A DNA stretch of 64,000 nucleotides from Candidatus Zixiibacteriota bacterium (GTDB lineage Bacteria; Zixibacteria; MSB-5A5; RBG-16-43-9). The stretch is taken from assembly GCA_030692925.1 (NCBI GenBank), contig JAUYBY010000101.1:3663-67662 (forward strand). The letters are read 5' to 3'. Both the position numbers and the translations under genes were made by a program. The notes beneath the pieces are model-generated. The model made no database searches. It was given only the letters and a program-made list of their open reading frames with translations, and was not told the DNA's origin. Positions 31,509 through 40,383 of this stretch are shown here, piece after piece (the stretch's first letter is position 1; every line of letters begins with the position of its first letter).

Positions 31509-31696
31509 TTAGCTCCAATGAATTCCAGACCCGGGTTCACTTCACCTGATCTTCTCGAACCTGGTACCCTTACAAGAGAAAGTTCGGTCCACCGTTGTTC
31601 CTCTCTCTGATAAGTCGCACCGCTTGAAAGGTAGTGAGTTCTCAACTCGCCATCGCTGTTCCCAAAGGGAATTCCCTTCCTGTTGACCCTAGTCAT
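31496..31696 (-). CDS. Small hypothetical protein, first gene after the sigma54 promoter
   Basis: AGGGGGG RBS-like run before ATG; overlaps the rep start. Confidence 0.4.
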   Translation of the reverse strand: MTRVNRKGIPFGNSDGELRTHYLSSGATYQREEQRWTELSLVRVPGSRRSGEVNPGLEFIGANCSA

Positions 31697-31778
31697 TTGA
31701 CCCCCCTAGCCCGAAATGCTTCCTAAACAGTCTCTTGAATTCTTCGATTAGACCTTCTCTCATACCATGGCCTGATAT

Positions 31779-31794
31779 TGCAAGGGTCGTGCCA
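31779..31794 (-). promoter_or_regulatory. sigma54 (-24/-12) promoter
   Basis: Minus strand reads TGGCACG-ACCC-TTGCA, matching the TGGCACR-N4-TTGCW consensus; oriented toward the rep-xis genes. Confidence 0.85.
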
Positions 31795-31837
31795 ATAAAC
31801 GAATGGGCTGCGCGCATCCTTGTAACATGCTGTGGTG

Positions 31838-31850
31838 CATGCCGTTGATA
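31838..31850 (-). promoter_or_regulatory. Possible IHF site
   Basis: TATCAA-CGGC-ATG versus WATCAA-N4-TTR (1 mismatch); lies between the palindromes and the sigma54 promoter. Confidence 0.45.
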
Positions 31851-31902
31851 AAAAGGATGCTCGAGGTACTTTTATATGAGTTGAAATTGTAAAGCAGAAA
31901 TT

Positions 31903-31938
31903 AGCAACTGCAGTTGCTTTTAAGCAACTAGAGTTGCT
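31903..31938. promoter_or_regulatory. Tandem palindromes, putative upstream activating sequences for the bEBP
   Basis: AGCAACT-GC-AGTTGCT (31903-31918) and AGCAACT-AG-AGTTGCT (31923-31938), 20 bp centre to centre, ~110-145 bp upstream of the -24 box. Confidence 0.75.
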
Positions 31939-31955
31939 ATTTGTGGGGGGTAAAA

Positions 31956-33266
31956 TCACATACCAAGTCGTTTGAGCGCTTTTCTCAATCCAAATGCTTT
32001 CATGCCAATTCTTCTCGCTGTCCTTGGTATGTTTCTCGCATTTTCTTCCAGTTTCTTAGTCAAATATTGCTTTTCAAATTCCTGCTTGGCTTTCTTGAAA
32101 GAGTCGATAGCGAATAGGTCAATAGCTGCCTTCTTGTCTGCAGGTAAGAGATCCATCTTTTGAGCGAAATGCAATACACTATCTCTAAGATACTTCAAAT
32201 CAACAGATACAAGTTTATCTCTATCTATGTATTTGTTGAATCGCTTTCTCCTCTGACAGACCATTTTTATGAATATATCATCATCTGGTGGTTTGATCCA
32301 AGCATTTTTGCATCTAAATAGGTCATTGTTATTAATTATATTCCCACCTTTTTTTGTATCGACTAAAGCCTTGATGAGGTGATCGTAAGTCTCAGGCCAG
32401 CCGGTAACTGATAGGTAAGCTGGGGGTGTTCCCATGATACTCATTCCAGAATAGAAAGCTGCGTTAATTTCGTTCTTAAGCTGCCTTACATTTCCCGGTA
32501 ACGGGTCAAGGGAGCAAAGGATAAAGATGATAGGGTCGATTCCCTTTATCTCTGTTTTGTATTGACTTTCCAATTCTGACAGAAACTCATTCATTAAAAA
32601 AGGGATATCATTAACCCTATTTCTCAGAGGTGGGATATGAATATGAAACATATCCAGTCTGTAGTATAAATCGTCTCTTAATATATTATTATCGGGAAGA
32701 AGCTTATTTGTAGCTGATATTATCCTCACATCAACCTTCTTTTCCTCTTTCGCTTGTCCGAGCTTTCGATAAGTGCCGTATTCCAAAACCCTCAATAAGC
32801 CGCACTGGGCGTTGGGTGGCAGATCACCTATCTCGTCTAGGAATAAGGTTCCACCGTTCGCCTCCTGAATCAACCCTGTCGTTTCCGAAGTCGCACCCGT
32901 GAAGGCACCTTTAATATGTCCAAACAATTCAGAATACAGTAAGTCATTCGGTATCATGGCACAGTCGACTGTTACCAAATTATTCTTCTTCCGGTCCGAG
33001 TTTTCATGGATAGTCTTAGCAATTAGTTCTTTACCTGTTCCGGTCTCGCCTGTAATTAAAACCGGTCCACGATTATTTAAGGTGTGTATGATCTCGCCAA
33101 ACATGTCTACGTAGTAACTGCTCAAGGTCGACCGTTCACAGACATATTTGGTTTGAACCCTTTTTTTAATCAACTCAACCACGGGATGTTTAAAAGGGTC
33201 AATCCTATCTATGTGGTGGATAAACGGTCTGCCAGTCTCATCTGTTATGATTATGGGAGTTGTCAT
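31956..33266 (-). CDS. sigma54-dependent enhancer-binding protein without a recognisable sensory domain
   Basis: GETGTGKE, SELFGHIKGAFTGA, LFLDEIG, DLYYRL, PGNVRQL, C-terminal Fis-type HTH. Confidence 0.93.
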   Translation of the reverse strand: MTTPIIITDETGRPFIHHIDRIDPFKHPVVELIKKRVQTKYVCERSTLSSYYVDMFGEIIHTLNNRGPVLITGETGTGKELIAKTIHENSDRKKNNLVTVDCAMIPNDLLYSELFGHIKGAFTGATSETTGLIQEANGGTLFLDEIGDLPPNAQCGLLRVLEYGTYRKLGQAKEEKKVDVRIISATNKLLPDNNILRDDLYYRLDMFHIHIPPLRNRVNDIPFLMNEFLSELESQYKTEIKGIDPIIFILCSLDPLPGNVRQLKNEINAAFYSGMSIMGTPPAYLSVTGWPETYDHLIKALVDTKKGGNIINNNDLFRCKNAWIKPPDDDIFIKMVCQRRKRFNKYIDRDKLVSVDLKYLRDSVLHFAQKMDLLPADKKAAIDLFAIDSFKKAKQEFEKQYLTKKLEENARNIPRTARRIGMKAFGLRKALKRLGM

Positions 33267-33622
33267 CTCGGAATCCTCTCAGTGTGTGATCAGAGATGTT
33301 GATTTCGTTTTTTCTGAAACTAATCACAAAAATTAATCAAAGCAAGGAAAATCGTCAAAAAGTAGCTGGATCGTGAGGTCTTGCTATTCTCCATAGAGAA
33401 CTGCAAATAGGTTATATGTGGACATTGCTGAACTAGATAGGTTAAGAATCAATATCAGCTCCACTTATAACCCTCTAAAATTACCTTAAGGGGTGTAAAA
33501 AGATGATTCTTTCTGTCAAATAACTGGAGGATTTTATAACCTGCCACCTGTCTCGTAAGCTTTAGATAGATTGGAGGTTAAAGGGGCAACCCTTTGGGGG
33601 GCAGACCTTCAAAGGAATTAAG

Positions 33623-33859
33623 ATGATTAGAACAAAAACCTTTAACCCCAAAAGAAGGAGTAGTAAAATGAAGAAGAGAGTTAAAAAGAGCAAGGAACTT
33701 GTCATTGAATGCCCCCACTGTGGTAGTCAGGTATATGAACCAATAGAAAATGAATTAGATTATGGACCATCAGATAATGAGGTGTTTGCTATGTTTAAGT
33801 GCTTAAAATGCAGAGAAACTTTCTTTGTGACTTATAAAGCGGTGGAGATAAACCCATGA
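33623..33859 (+). CDS. Zn-ribbon hypothetical protein (likely start 33668)
   Basis: CPHC...CLKC; AAGGAG RBS before the second ATG. Confidence 0.65.
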   Translation: MIRTKTFNPKRRSSKMKKRVKKSKELVIECPHCGSQVYEPIENELDYGPSDNEVFAMFKCLKCRETFFVTYKAVEINP

Positions 33860-33937
33860 AAGAACATGATATTGATTGGGGTGGTCCTGAGTTTGGTAGT
33901 GAAGTTATATTCTATCTAAAGGAGGTGAAAACTAGTA

Positions 33938-34156
33938 ATGAGTTACAATCTTAAAATAAAAGAAAAAGGTGGTATTATAACCGGTGTTAGGGATGAGTAT
34001 TATAATCTCCCGGAGGAGGAACTCAAGTCTATAATGGGGCTATCTAACTTAGTAGATGAAAAATGGAATCCTATCAAGTTAGCTAAAACTTATGAGGACA
34101 GTTCTTTAATATTTAGCTGGGAAGAGACCATGACAAAAAAGAGAAAGACTACCTAA
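33938..34156 (+). CDS. Phage hypothetical protein
   Basis: AGGAGGTG RBS; TAATG coupling to the next ORF. Confidence 0.6.
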   Translation: MSYNLKIKEKGGIITGVRDEYYNLPEEELKSIMGLSNLVDEKWNPIKLAKTYEDSSLIFSWEETMTKKRKTT

Positions 34157-34470
34157 TGCCAACAACACTGGCAGGGAGGCTAGGGGAGGGGGAGACAAAA
34201 TTGGGGAAAATAACATACTGGCAAGTTTATAAGACTGAAAAGGGGTATACTTTTGAAAATGGGGAGCACAGGCTTGCCCTGATTTCATTAGTAGGAATTT
34301 GGGTAATTCAGGGCACTCCAGGTATAATGTTTTATCCTACTTTGGGGGAAGGCGTAAGCCATATTCTCTATTGGATGAAATTAAATACCCCAAATTCAAG
34401 ATTAGATCTGGATGGTATCCCGGAGTTGGGGGAGACAATAAGAATTTTAAGGGAAAGGGAGAAATTATGA
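34156..34470 (+). CDS. Phage hypothetical protein
   Basis: Translationally coupled on both sides. Confidence 0.6.
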   Translation: MPTTLAGRLGEGETKLGKITYWQVYKTEKGYTFENGEHRLALISLVGIWVIQGTPGIMFYPTLGEGVSHILYWMKLNTPNSRLDLDGIPELGETIRILREREKL

Positions 34471-34946
34471 GAAATGGTAAGACTTGGAAAGATACTGCAT
34501 TGAGCTTTATTCTAACAGCACTTTGTTTGACAGTACTCTACGTTTTGTTAGTAAAAGCGCTTACTGGTAAGTCAAGTCCTTCTATGTTGCAGGAGTATGA
34601 AAAAAGTTTTTATAGTGGTCAGAGAGAAATGTTCTGGCTCAAAAATGCTACATGGCAGGACTTCAGGCTTAAAGCCTATATTCCTAAGGATAAATTGGAA
34701 GGACGGTCTAGTGGACTTACTTACATGGAGGGTCAGGCGATCCCCTATTTTACTGTAGCGGTAGACCCCAAAGTGGTCCCTCTGGGCGCATGGGTGTATA
34801 TAAAGGCTGATAGTCTGGAAGGGTGGTTTCGGGCTACTGATACTGGAAGTCTTATTAAGGGGAAGGTCATAGATATTTGTGTTCCGGATCGAGGAACAGC
34901 ATTACGATTTGGAACACAACGGGGTCAAGTAGTTGTACTTTATTAG
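34467..34946 (+). CDS. Membrane-anchored 3D-domain protein (lytic transglycosylase-related)
   Basis: N-terminal TM; VAVDPKVVPLG, ATDTGSLIKGKVIDI (three Asp), ALRFG; ATGA coupling at 34467. Confidence 0.85.
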   Translation: MRNGKTWKDTALSFILTALCLTVLYVLLVKALTGKSSPSMLQEYEKSFYSGQREMFWLKNATWQDFRLKAYIPKDKLEGRSSGLTYMEGQAIPYFTVAVDPKVVPLGAWVYIKADSLEGWFRATDTGSLIKGKVIDICVPDRGTALRFGTQRGQVVVLY

Positions 34947-35106
34947 GAGGAGAGAAAATGAAATTTGAGAAACTGGTTATCAATTTAGACGAAGACCACA
35001 GTGTTGAAGAAACTGTGGAAGAAGTGTTGAGATTAATCAGAGAGGGTTATACTTCGGGATATTACCCAACTTGGAATTTGGTTAAACCCAACAACGAGGA
35101 GCAATA

Positions 35107-35307
35107 GTGGCTAAGTGTATTAGATATACTCATTATGAAGTAGATGGGGATGAACTTTTAATTTTTAAGGGGGAAAAATTGGTAGATGCTGTTAAAATAT
35201 TAGAGATTATTGAGGATTGGTTAGAAGAAAGTGTGCTTACTACTATAGCTCCGTTGACTGTCTACCAAAAAATTGAAAAAGAGAAGGAATATGAAGATAA
35301 CCTGTAA
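35107..35307 (+). CDS. Phage hypothetical protein (paralogue of 35427-35630)
   Basis: IRYTHYEVDGDELLIFKGEKLV; GAGGAG RBS. Confidence 0.6.
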   Translation: MAKCIRYTHYEVDGDELLIFKGEKLVDAVKILEIIEDWLEESVLTTIAPLTVYQKIEKEKEYEDNL

Positions 35308-35443
35308 AAGTTGTGGGGAGGTTATAACTGGATTTATTTACCGGAGGAATGGGGCTAATTTGTGTGAACGGTGTTGGAGCAACGGGGAGGACTATAAAAA
35401 GGAAACAACTAAGAAGGAGGAAAGTAGTGAGCAAAAAAGCTAA
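35291..35443 (+). CDS. 50-aa Zn-ribbon microprotein (below the ORF-track cutoff)
   Basis: MKITCKSCGE...LCERCW; AAGGA RBS. Confidence 0.6.
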   Translation: MKITCKSCGEVITGFIYRRNGANLCERCWSNGEDYKKETTKKEESSEQKS

Positions 35444-35630
35444 GAAAAAGAAGCGAGTTATAGAATACACCCATTGGGAATTTGACCGGGATGGGTTAAC
35501 TGCATTACTTTTTAATGGAGATGAGGAGGTAGCTGGATTTCCTATAGATGTGTTAATGGAAATTGCTCTAGAGTTCTATGAGTGGGAGAATCGGGAGTAT
35601 AAAGAAGTGAGTGGGAATGAAAAGGATTGA
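35427..35630 (+). CDS. Phage hypothetical protein (paralogue of 35107-35307)
   Basis: IEYTHWEFDRDGLTALLFNGDEEV; AGGAGG RBS before GTG 35427. Confidence 0.6.
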   Translation: MSKKAKKKKRVIEYTHWEFDRDGLTALLFNGDEEVAGFPIDVLMEIALEFYEWENREYKEVSGNEKD

Positions 35631-36450
35631 AGCCTTTCTAAAATACTTGGAAGAAATAGGTAGATCTAAGACCACCATAATTACTTATAAAGGTGTCCTG
35701 GAAGGTATATGGAAGGCTCTGGGTACTAAGATAGTCTACCCGGCTAGGTTACAGGAATACTTCTTGAGTTTAAATTTTGAAAAACCCCGGACTCTTCATA
35801 AGAAGTTAGCTGTAATCAAGTCATATTTTCAATGGCTGATAAGGACAGGAGTAGTTAAGTTGGATCCTACTCCGGACGTGGTTTTACCCCCAATCCCCTA
35901 TGATCTTCCCAAGGCAGTGGAGTATGATGAACTACAAAGAGTTATTGAAGGGATTGAGGGGGAAGAATTTATTCCGAGGAGAGACAGAGCTATATTTGAG
36001 CTGGGTTATGCTATTGGAGCTCGGGTAGGGGATTTAAGACAGGCTAATGTAGAAGACCTGGACATGGATCGAATGTTGTTTCATGCCCGGGGTAAAGGTA
36101 ATAAAGAGGCTTATATACCTTTCGGGGAGAGTGCGCGGGATGCACTACAAAAGTATTTAGAAAAGCGGACGGGCGTAGCCAATGGAGAGTCTACTGCTCT
36201 ATTCTTAAATACTGGGGGATCCCGATTAACTAATATATGGAAAATAGTGAAAAAGTATACGACTGCCACTCCCCATTCTTTCTTCCGACACAGTGCGGCC
36301 ACTCATCTACTCCAGAACGGAGCAGAACTACGAGATGTGCAGGAGTTTATGAGGCATGCTAGTCCGAATACTACTGCTTTGTATACTAAAGTAAACCCCC
36401 AGAGGTTGAGAAGTGAATATAATGCTCATCATCCAAGAGCGAGGAGGTAA
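35611..36450 (+). CDS. XerC/XerD-like tyrosine recombinase
   Basis: RDRAIFELGYAIGARVGDL, GKGNKE, PHSFFRHSAATHLL.NGAELRDVQE, TTALYT, HPRA C-terminus. Confidence 0.9.
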   Translation: MGMKRIEAFLKYLEEIGRSKTTIITYKGVLEGIWKALGTKIVYPARLQEYFLSLNFEKPRTLHKKLAVIKSYFQWLIRTGVVKLDPTPDVVLPPIPYDLPKAVEYDELQRVIEGIEGEEFIPRRDRAIFELGYAIGARVGDLRQANVEDLDMDRMLFHARGKGNKEAYIPFGESARDALQKYLEKRTGVANGESTALFLNTGGSRLTNIWKIVKKYTTATPHSFFRHSAATHLLQNGAELRDVQEFMRHASPNTTALYTKVNPQRLRSEYNAHHPRARR

Positions 36451-36452
36451 GT

Positions 36453-36806
36453 ATGGTTGGTTTGTATAAACTAAAACCAGTCCCTCAAGACTGCTCAGAT
36501 TTTAAGAAACTTGATAAAATATGGAAAGAAAATTGGGCCCAATTAAAGAGGCAGGATGAGGAGGCTAAAAAGAAAGGAACAATTATTGGTGGATTTTTAA
36601 CTGAACCAATAGCTGATGGTAAGGCAATTTATCAAATAGTGAGGGAGACAAAGGTCCAAGTGCTGATAAAAGTTTGCACCGGGCTTGGGGATGATTGGGT
36701 AATTCCTTATTGGGGGGAGAAGGCTGTGATAGATAAGGAATATGCCATACAATCTATTAGAAGAGGGGATGGTCTTAATCAAATATTTAAAAGGAGGAGT
36801 GATTAA
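36453..36806 (+). CDS. Phage hypothetical protein
   Basis: GAGGAGG RBS; PIADGKAIYQI...GDDW...WG motif. Confidence 0.65.
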   Translation: MVGLYKLKPVPQDCSDFKKLDKIWKENWAQLKRQDEEAKKKGTIIGGFLTEPIADGKAIYQIVRETKVQVLIKVCTGLGDDWVIPYWGEKAVIDKEYAIQSIRRGDGLNQIFKRRSD

Positions 36807-36808
36807 TA

Positions 36809-37030
36809 ATGGGTTTAACAGAAATTTTAGCAGCAAAGAAAGTAGTGCTGGATATCATAGACAGTATGACTATAGCAAACAAGCTATACCAAGGCAAAAT
36901 AGATATAACGGAGTACATTGATTTTCAGGATATAGCTGGTCAGTTTAATTTAACTCAGAAGGAATATGACGAACTAATAAATGATACTCAGGAGTTGGTG
37001 GATGGGGCAGTGAGGAGGTACTTAAAATAG
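36809..37030 (+). CDS. Phage hypothetical protein
   Basis: AGGAGG RBS; 2 bp from the upstream stop. Confidence 0.6.
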   Translation: MGLTEILAAKKVVLDIIDSMTIANKLYQGKIDITEYIDFQDIAGQFNLTQKEYDELINDTQELVDGAVRRYLK

Positions 37031-37080
37031 TTAAAGGCAGAAAAGAAAATTAATGCATTGGTGGAGAGGAGAGGAACTAT

Positions 37081-37209
37081 TTGAAAGAAACAAACATTAA
37101 ATGCCCTAACTGTGGTGAGTTTTTGAAGGATATTAATTTGCAATTAACTTGTATGAATGCTCAGTGTGAGAATTTTATGATGGTAGTTTATGGGTTAGAA
37201 AGGAGGTAA
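37081..37209 (+). CDS. 42-aa Zn-ribbon microprotein
   Basis: TTG start after GAGGA; CPNCGE...CMNAQC. Confidence 0.55.
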   Translation: MKETNIKCPNCGEFLKDINLQLTCMNAQCENFMMVVYGLERR

Positions 37210-37210
37210 G

Positions 37211-37828
37211 ATGAAACAAATATACTACACCAAAACGGTGTCGGAACGCAATAGGAAGTATGGCTATTTTGAAGAAAAGGATTTTGGGGAGATATCCATA
37301 GTTGAATTAACAGAAGAAGAAGCTCCTTTAATGTTTAAAATAGATAAATCAATTATTAGAAAGGTAAAAAGCAAATATATCACCAGCAGTTTTACCCTTC
37401 CCTTTTCCAGAGAAGAAGACGCTGAATATATTTCTAAGCAAGGAAGATTTAGGGAAAAACTACTCAAGAAGTTGGGTATAAGATTAAGAGAACAATCAGA
37501 CGACTCTTATTACCCTGCCCGTAGTTTTACTTATTACTTGGTAGGCAAAAACCTTTTTTCTTCTCTCTGTCCTGTTTCTGAGTTATCAATAACGAGATGT
37601 GGGAATATTACTTTTGGCGATTGGTGGTCTCTTGGCATAGAACCTCGTCATCAGGGGAAAAACAATATCCCATTCACAAAGGAAAGATTTCTAAAAGAGT
37701 TAGCCAAAGACAAAAAACGGATTGCCACCCAGAATAAGGGACGCACAAAGAAAATCTATTTTTCTTATCCAAGAGTTAAATGGTTTGATAATCAAGTAAA
37801 CCCTAAAGGAAAGGAAAAGAGATGCTGA
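37211..37828 (+). CDS. Phage hypothetical protein
   Basis: 205 aa; AGGAGGT RBS. Confidence 0.65.
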   Translation: MKQIYYTKTVSERNRKYGYFEEKDFGEISIVELTEEEAPLMFKIDKSIIRKVKSKYITSSFTLPFSREEDAEYISKQGRFREKLLKKLGIRLREQSDDSYYPARSFTYYLVGKNLFSSLCPVSELSITRCGNITFGDWWSLGIEPRHQGKNNIPFTKERFLKELAKDKKRIATQNKGRTKKIYFSYPRVKWFDNQVNPKGKEKRC

Positions 37829-37998
37829 AAGTAAAACACCCTTGCCCGCGTTGTGGCAAAGACCCTAACCCCGTAAAAATAGTTGGGGGGATTACTCAAA
37901 ACCTAGAGATAAGACCGATCCTTTTATTGCTTAATTGTAACCATTGTCTAAATAGTTTTGTGATGGAGATAATAGCTTACAAATTATCAAAAGAATAA
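37822..37998 (+). CDS. 58-aa Zn-ribbon microprotein
   Basis: CPRCGK...CNHC; overlaps the previous stop. Confidence 0.6.
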   Translation: MLKVKHPCPRCGKDPNPVKIVGGITQNLEIRPILLLLNCNHCLNSFVMEIIAYKLSKE

Positions 37999-38402
37999 AA
38001 GGATCATAAGAAGAAACTTTAAATGAACTTAAAAGTCTTTTAGAGGAGTGAAAGAGATGGCAAAATCTTATAAAGTTGACTTAGAAAAAGGTGATACCTT
38101 ACTGAATATGCTCGATTATTTATGCTCTAAAGTAGACTGGGGTAAATCCGCTTTAGACAATAAGGCTATAATCTGTATGGATACACTTTTCAAAGAATTA
38201 AGAAAAGATAACAGGATAATTAAACCCTGAAAGGTGGTGAAAAGAGATGCCAAAGCGAACAAAAACCCAAAAGGTAATATATGATATCCTGTGCGAATTG
38301 CTTGAAGACGCAAATAACAACAATGGTCTTCTAGACAAGAGTGTTGTAGAGGTTTACGTGGAAGAAATTTTAGATAATTGTAAATAATAAAAAGGAGAAT
38401 GG

Positions 38403-38645
38403 GTGTCAAAAATAAAATTTGATTTTTCAAAAGTAGAAGCACACATTGAGGAGATCATTTGTGCTTATAAGTGTGGGGAGGCAGAGCCCCTGGATGGGGA
38501 TGAGGTTGACATTTTAGCTAGTATAGTGAAAAATTATATGAATAGGCATGAGGGGAATTTGACTGATGGGGAATATGAGTATAAGCAAAAACAGGAATTT
38601 ACACGCGCTCGGTTTTTAACGGTGGTCAGGAAAGATGGAATATAA
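38403..38645 (+). CDS. Phage hypothetical protein
   Basis: AAGGAG RBS before GTG. Confidence 0.55.
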   Translation: MSKIKFDFSKVEAHIEEIICAYKCGEAEPLDGDEVDILASIVKNYMNRHEGNLTDGEYEYKQKQEFTRARFLTVVRKDGI

Positions 38646-38662
38646 AGGAGAGGAGGAACTTC

Positions 38663-39217
38663 TTGATAGACAACAATGTAATTGGAGTAAAGACCCTGGA
38701 TGGGGATCGGAATGCACTATTTGAGCTCTTTGGGAAACTGCTCGGAGACGGCTACCATCTGGTTTACGTCAATGGTAATAAAAAGCATCAATTAGAACGG
38801 TGGGACTTTGGACTGGAGAGAACAGTGTTGTTTTTGCAACTGCTTAACAATACTAATATGAGAAAAGGCTGGAATGATTTGGTAAGCGAGGACCATGCGT
38901 GGGGATATGTGGTTAGTGATGGTGATAGATTTAAAGCTTTTATTGGGGAACTGCGGGAGAAAATGGCAGATAATAAAGATTGGGGAGTGCAGTATAATGA
39001 GCTGGCACTCGTTCCCGGGCAAACAACATATCAGGTTATGTGGAATATGCTCGGGGAGTTAGTCACTCTTCCTATAAATGAGAGAATTGCCCTAATCCGA
39101 GATCTGCGTATTCCTTGCTTTTGTAAAAACTGTTGGAAACGAGCTCCCTTCTTCCTGTTTAGGAAGTGGTGTCGATATGTATTTAGAAGCTTTGTTAGGA
39201 GGTGGCATAAACAATAA
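38663..39217 (+). CDS. Phage hypothetical protein
   Basis: GAGGAGG RBS before TTG; TAATG-coupled to the RuvB-like gene. Confidence 0.65.
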   Translation: MIDNNVIGVKTLDGDRNALFELFGKLLGDGYHLVYVNGNKKHQLERWDFGLERTVLFLQLLNNTNMRKGWNDLVSEDHAWGYVVSDGDRFKAFIGELREKMADNKDWGVQYNELALVPGQTTYQVMWNMLGELVTLPINERIALIRDLRIPCFCKNCWKRAPFFLFRKWCRYVFRSFVRRWHKQ

Positions 39218-40383
39218 TGGGTACTGCTGTTTGGATTATTATGGGGGTGATTATTTTTATAGGGCTTTTTTGTAAAGAGGAGGAAGCAGTGAAAAAGCTA
39301 TCAAGGGAAGAGGAGGGGACTACTACTATACCAGTAGACTTCCCACTGGCTATGGAAGCAGACGCTACTACTCCACTGAAAGATTCTCCGATAGATACTA
39401 CTATAGAATCTTTAAATACACCAGCTCCGGTTTGTGATGCTTTGGCTCATCCCGTGTTCCCCCATCTGTTGTTGTGGGGGCCCGCCGGATCGGGTAAGAC
39501 TGCACTGGCTCGGGTGTTGGCTAATGAGTTAATAAAACCCTATGGTTATGCACCTAATTTTCTAGAGTTTACTCCAATGGTTCTAAGAGAGGAAGACACT
39601 ATTGACGCTATTCTTGTTGAGATGGTAAATTATGGAACTGTACTTTTTATAGATGAGGTTCATTCGTTGCCAAGTCAGGTTGAGGAATGTCTATATAGTG
39701 TAATGCAGGATGGGGTCTTTTCAGGGAAGTATGGAACCTTTAAAATTCCACCCTTCACATTGGTGGGGGCCACGACAAAAGCGGGGTTACTACAGAAGCC
39801 ATTAAGGGATAGGTTTACACTAGAGTTAGAGCTTGACCCCACAACGCAAGAAGATTTAATACAGATTATTAGGGATCAAGAACAAAACATTCCAGCTCCT
39901 ACTAATTTTAGTCAATACCACGGCCAAGAAAAAATCAAAATGCTCTTGAAGTTACACATTGCAGCCTTGTCCCAGCCAGATCCTCCCTTGGATTTGACGG
40001 ATGATATTAAACAATTTTTAGCAGAGAGGGCACTGAGCAATCCCCGGATCCTTAAGCAACTTTACCGGCATATAATTGCTTATTACAAAGTAGTGAAAAA
40101 AATGACAATTGTGGAGGCTGAGGTTTGTATGAATTTATTGGGAGTTGACAATTACGGATTGCACTCTTCCGACCGAAGAGTAATAAAAGCACTATTAAGG
40201 AGAGATAACAAACCTGTCGGGGCAAAGGCACTTGCAGGTGTTGCTAATGTCTCAGTTGTAGATTTGGAAGAAGCAATTGAACCAAGGCTTGTTCTGTCGG
40301 GGATGCTAGAAAGATCTAGCCGAGGTAGAATTCTTACACCACAAGCTTTAGAAATTTACAGTGAGCAAGAGGGGGGTATATGA
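39217..40383 (+). CDS. RuvB-like AAA+ ATPase with rearranged architecture
   Basis: HLLLWGPAGSGKT, VLFIDEVH, PPFTLVGATTKAGLL..PLRDRF, NPR, PVG...IEP.L...G.LERSSRGR winged-helix C-terminus. Confidence 0.9.
   Translation: MGTAVWIIMGVIIFIGLFCKEEEAVKKLSREEEGTTTIPVDFPLAMEADATTPLKDSPIDTTIESLNTPAPVCDALAHPVFPHLLLWGPAGSGKTALARVLANELIKPYGYAPNFLEFTPMVLREEDTIDAILVEMVNYGTVLFIDEVHSLPSQVEECLYSVMQDGVFSGKYGTFKIPPFTLVGATTKAGLLQKPLRDRFTLELELDPTTQEDLIQIIRDQEQNIPAPTNFSQYHGQEKIKMLLKLHIAALSQPDPPLDLTDDIKQFLAERALSNPRILKQLYRHIIAYYKVVKKMTIVEAEVCMNLLGVDNYGLHSSDRRVIKALLRRDNKPVGAKALAGVANVSVVDLEEAIEPRLVLSGMLERSSRGRILTPQALEIYSEQEGGI

Noticed and set aside
31723-31959. 78-aa ORF between the bEBP and the rep operon
   Set aside because: It spans the palindromes, IHF-like site and sigma54 promoter and has no protein-like features.
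39217-40383. Housekeeping ruvB
   Set aside because: No ruvA or ruvC nearby, RuvA-binding hairpin missing, rearranged order and phage context.
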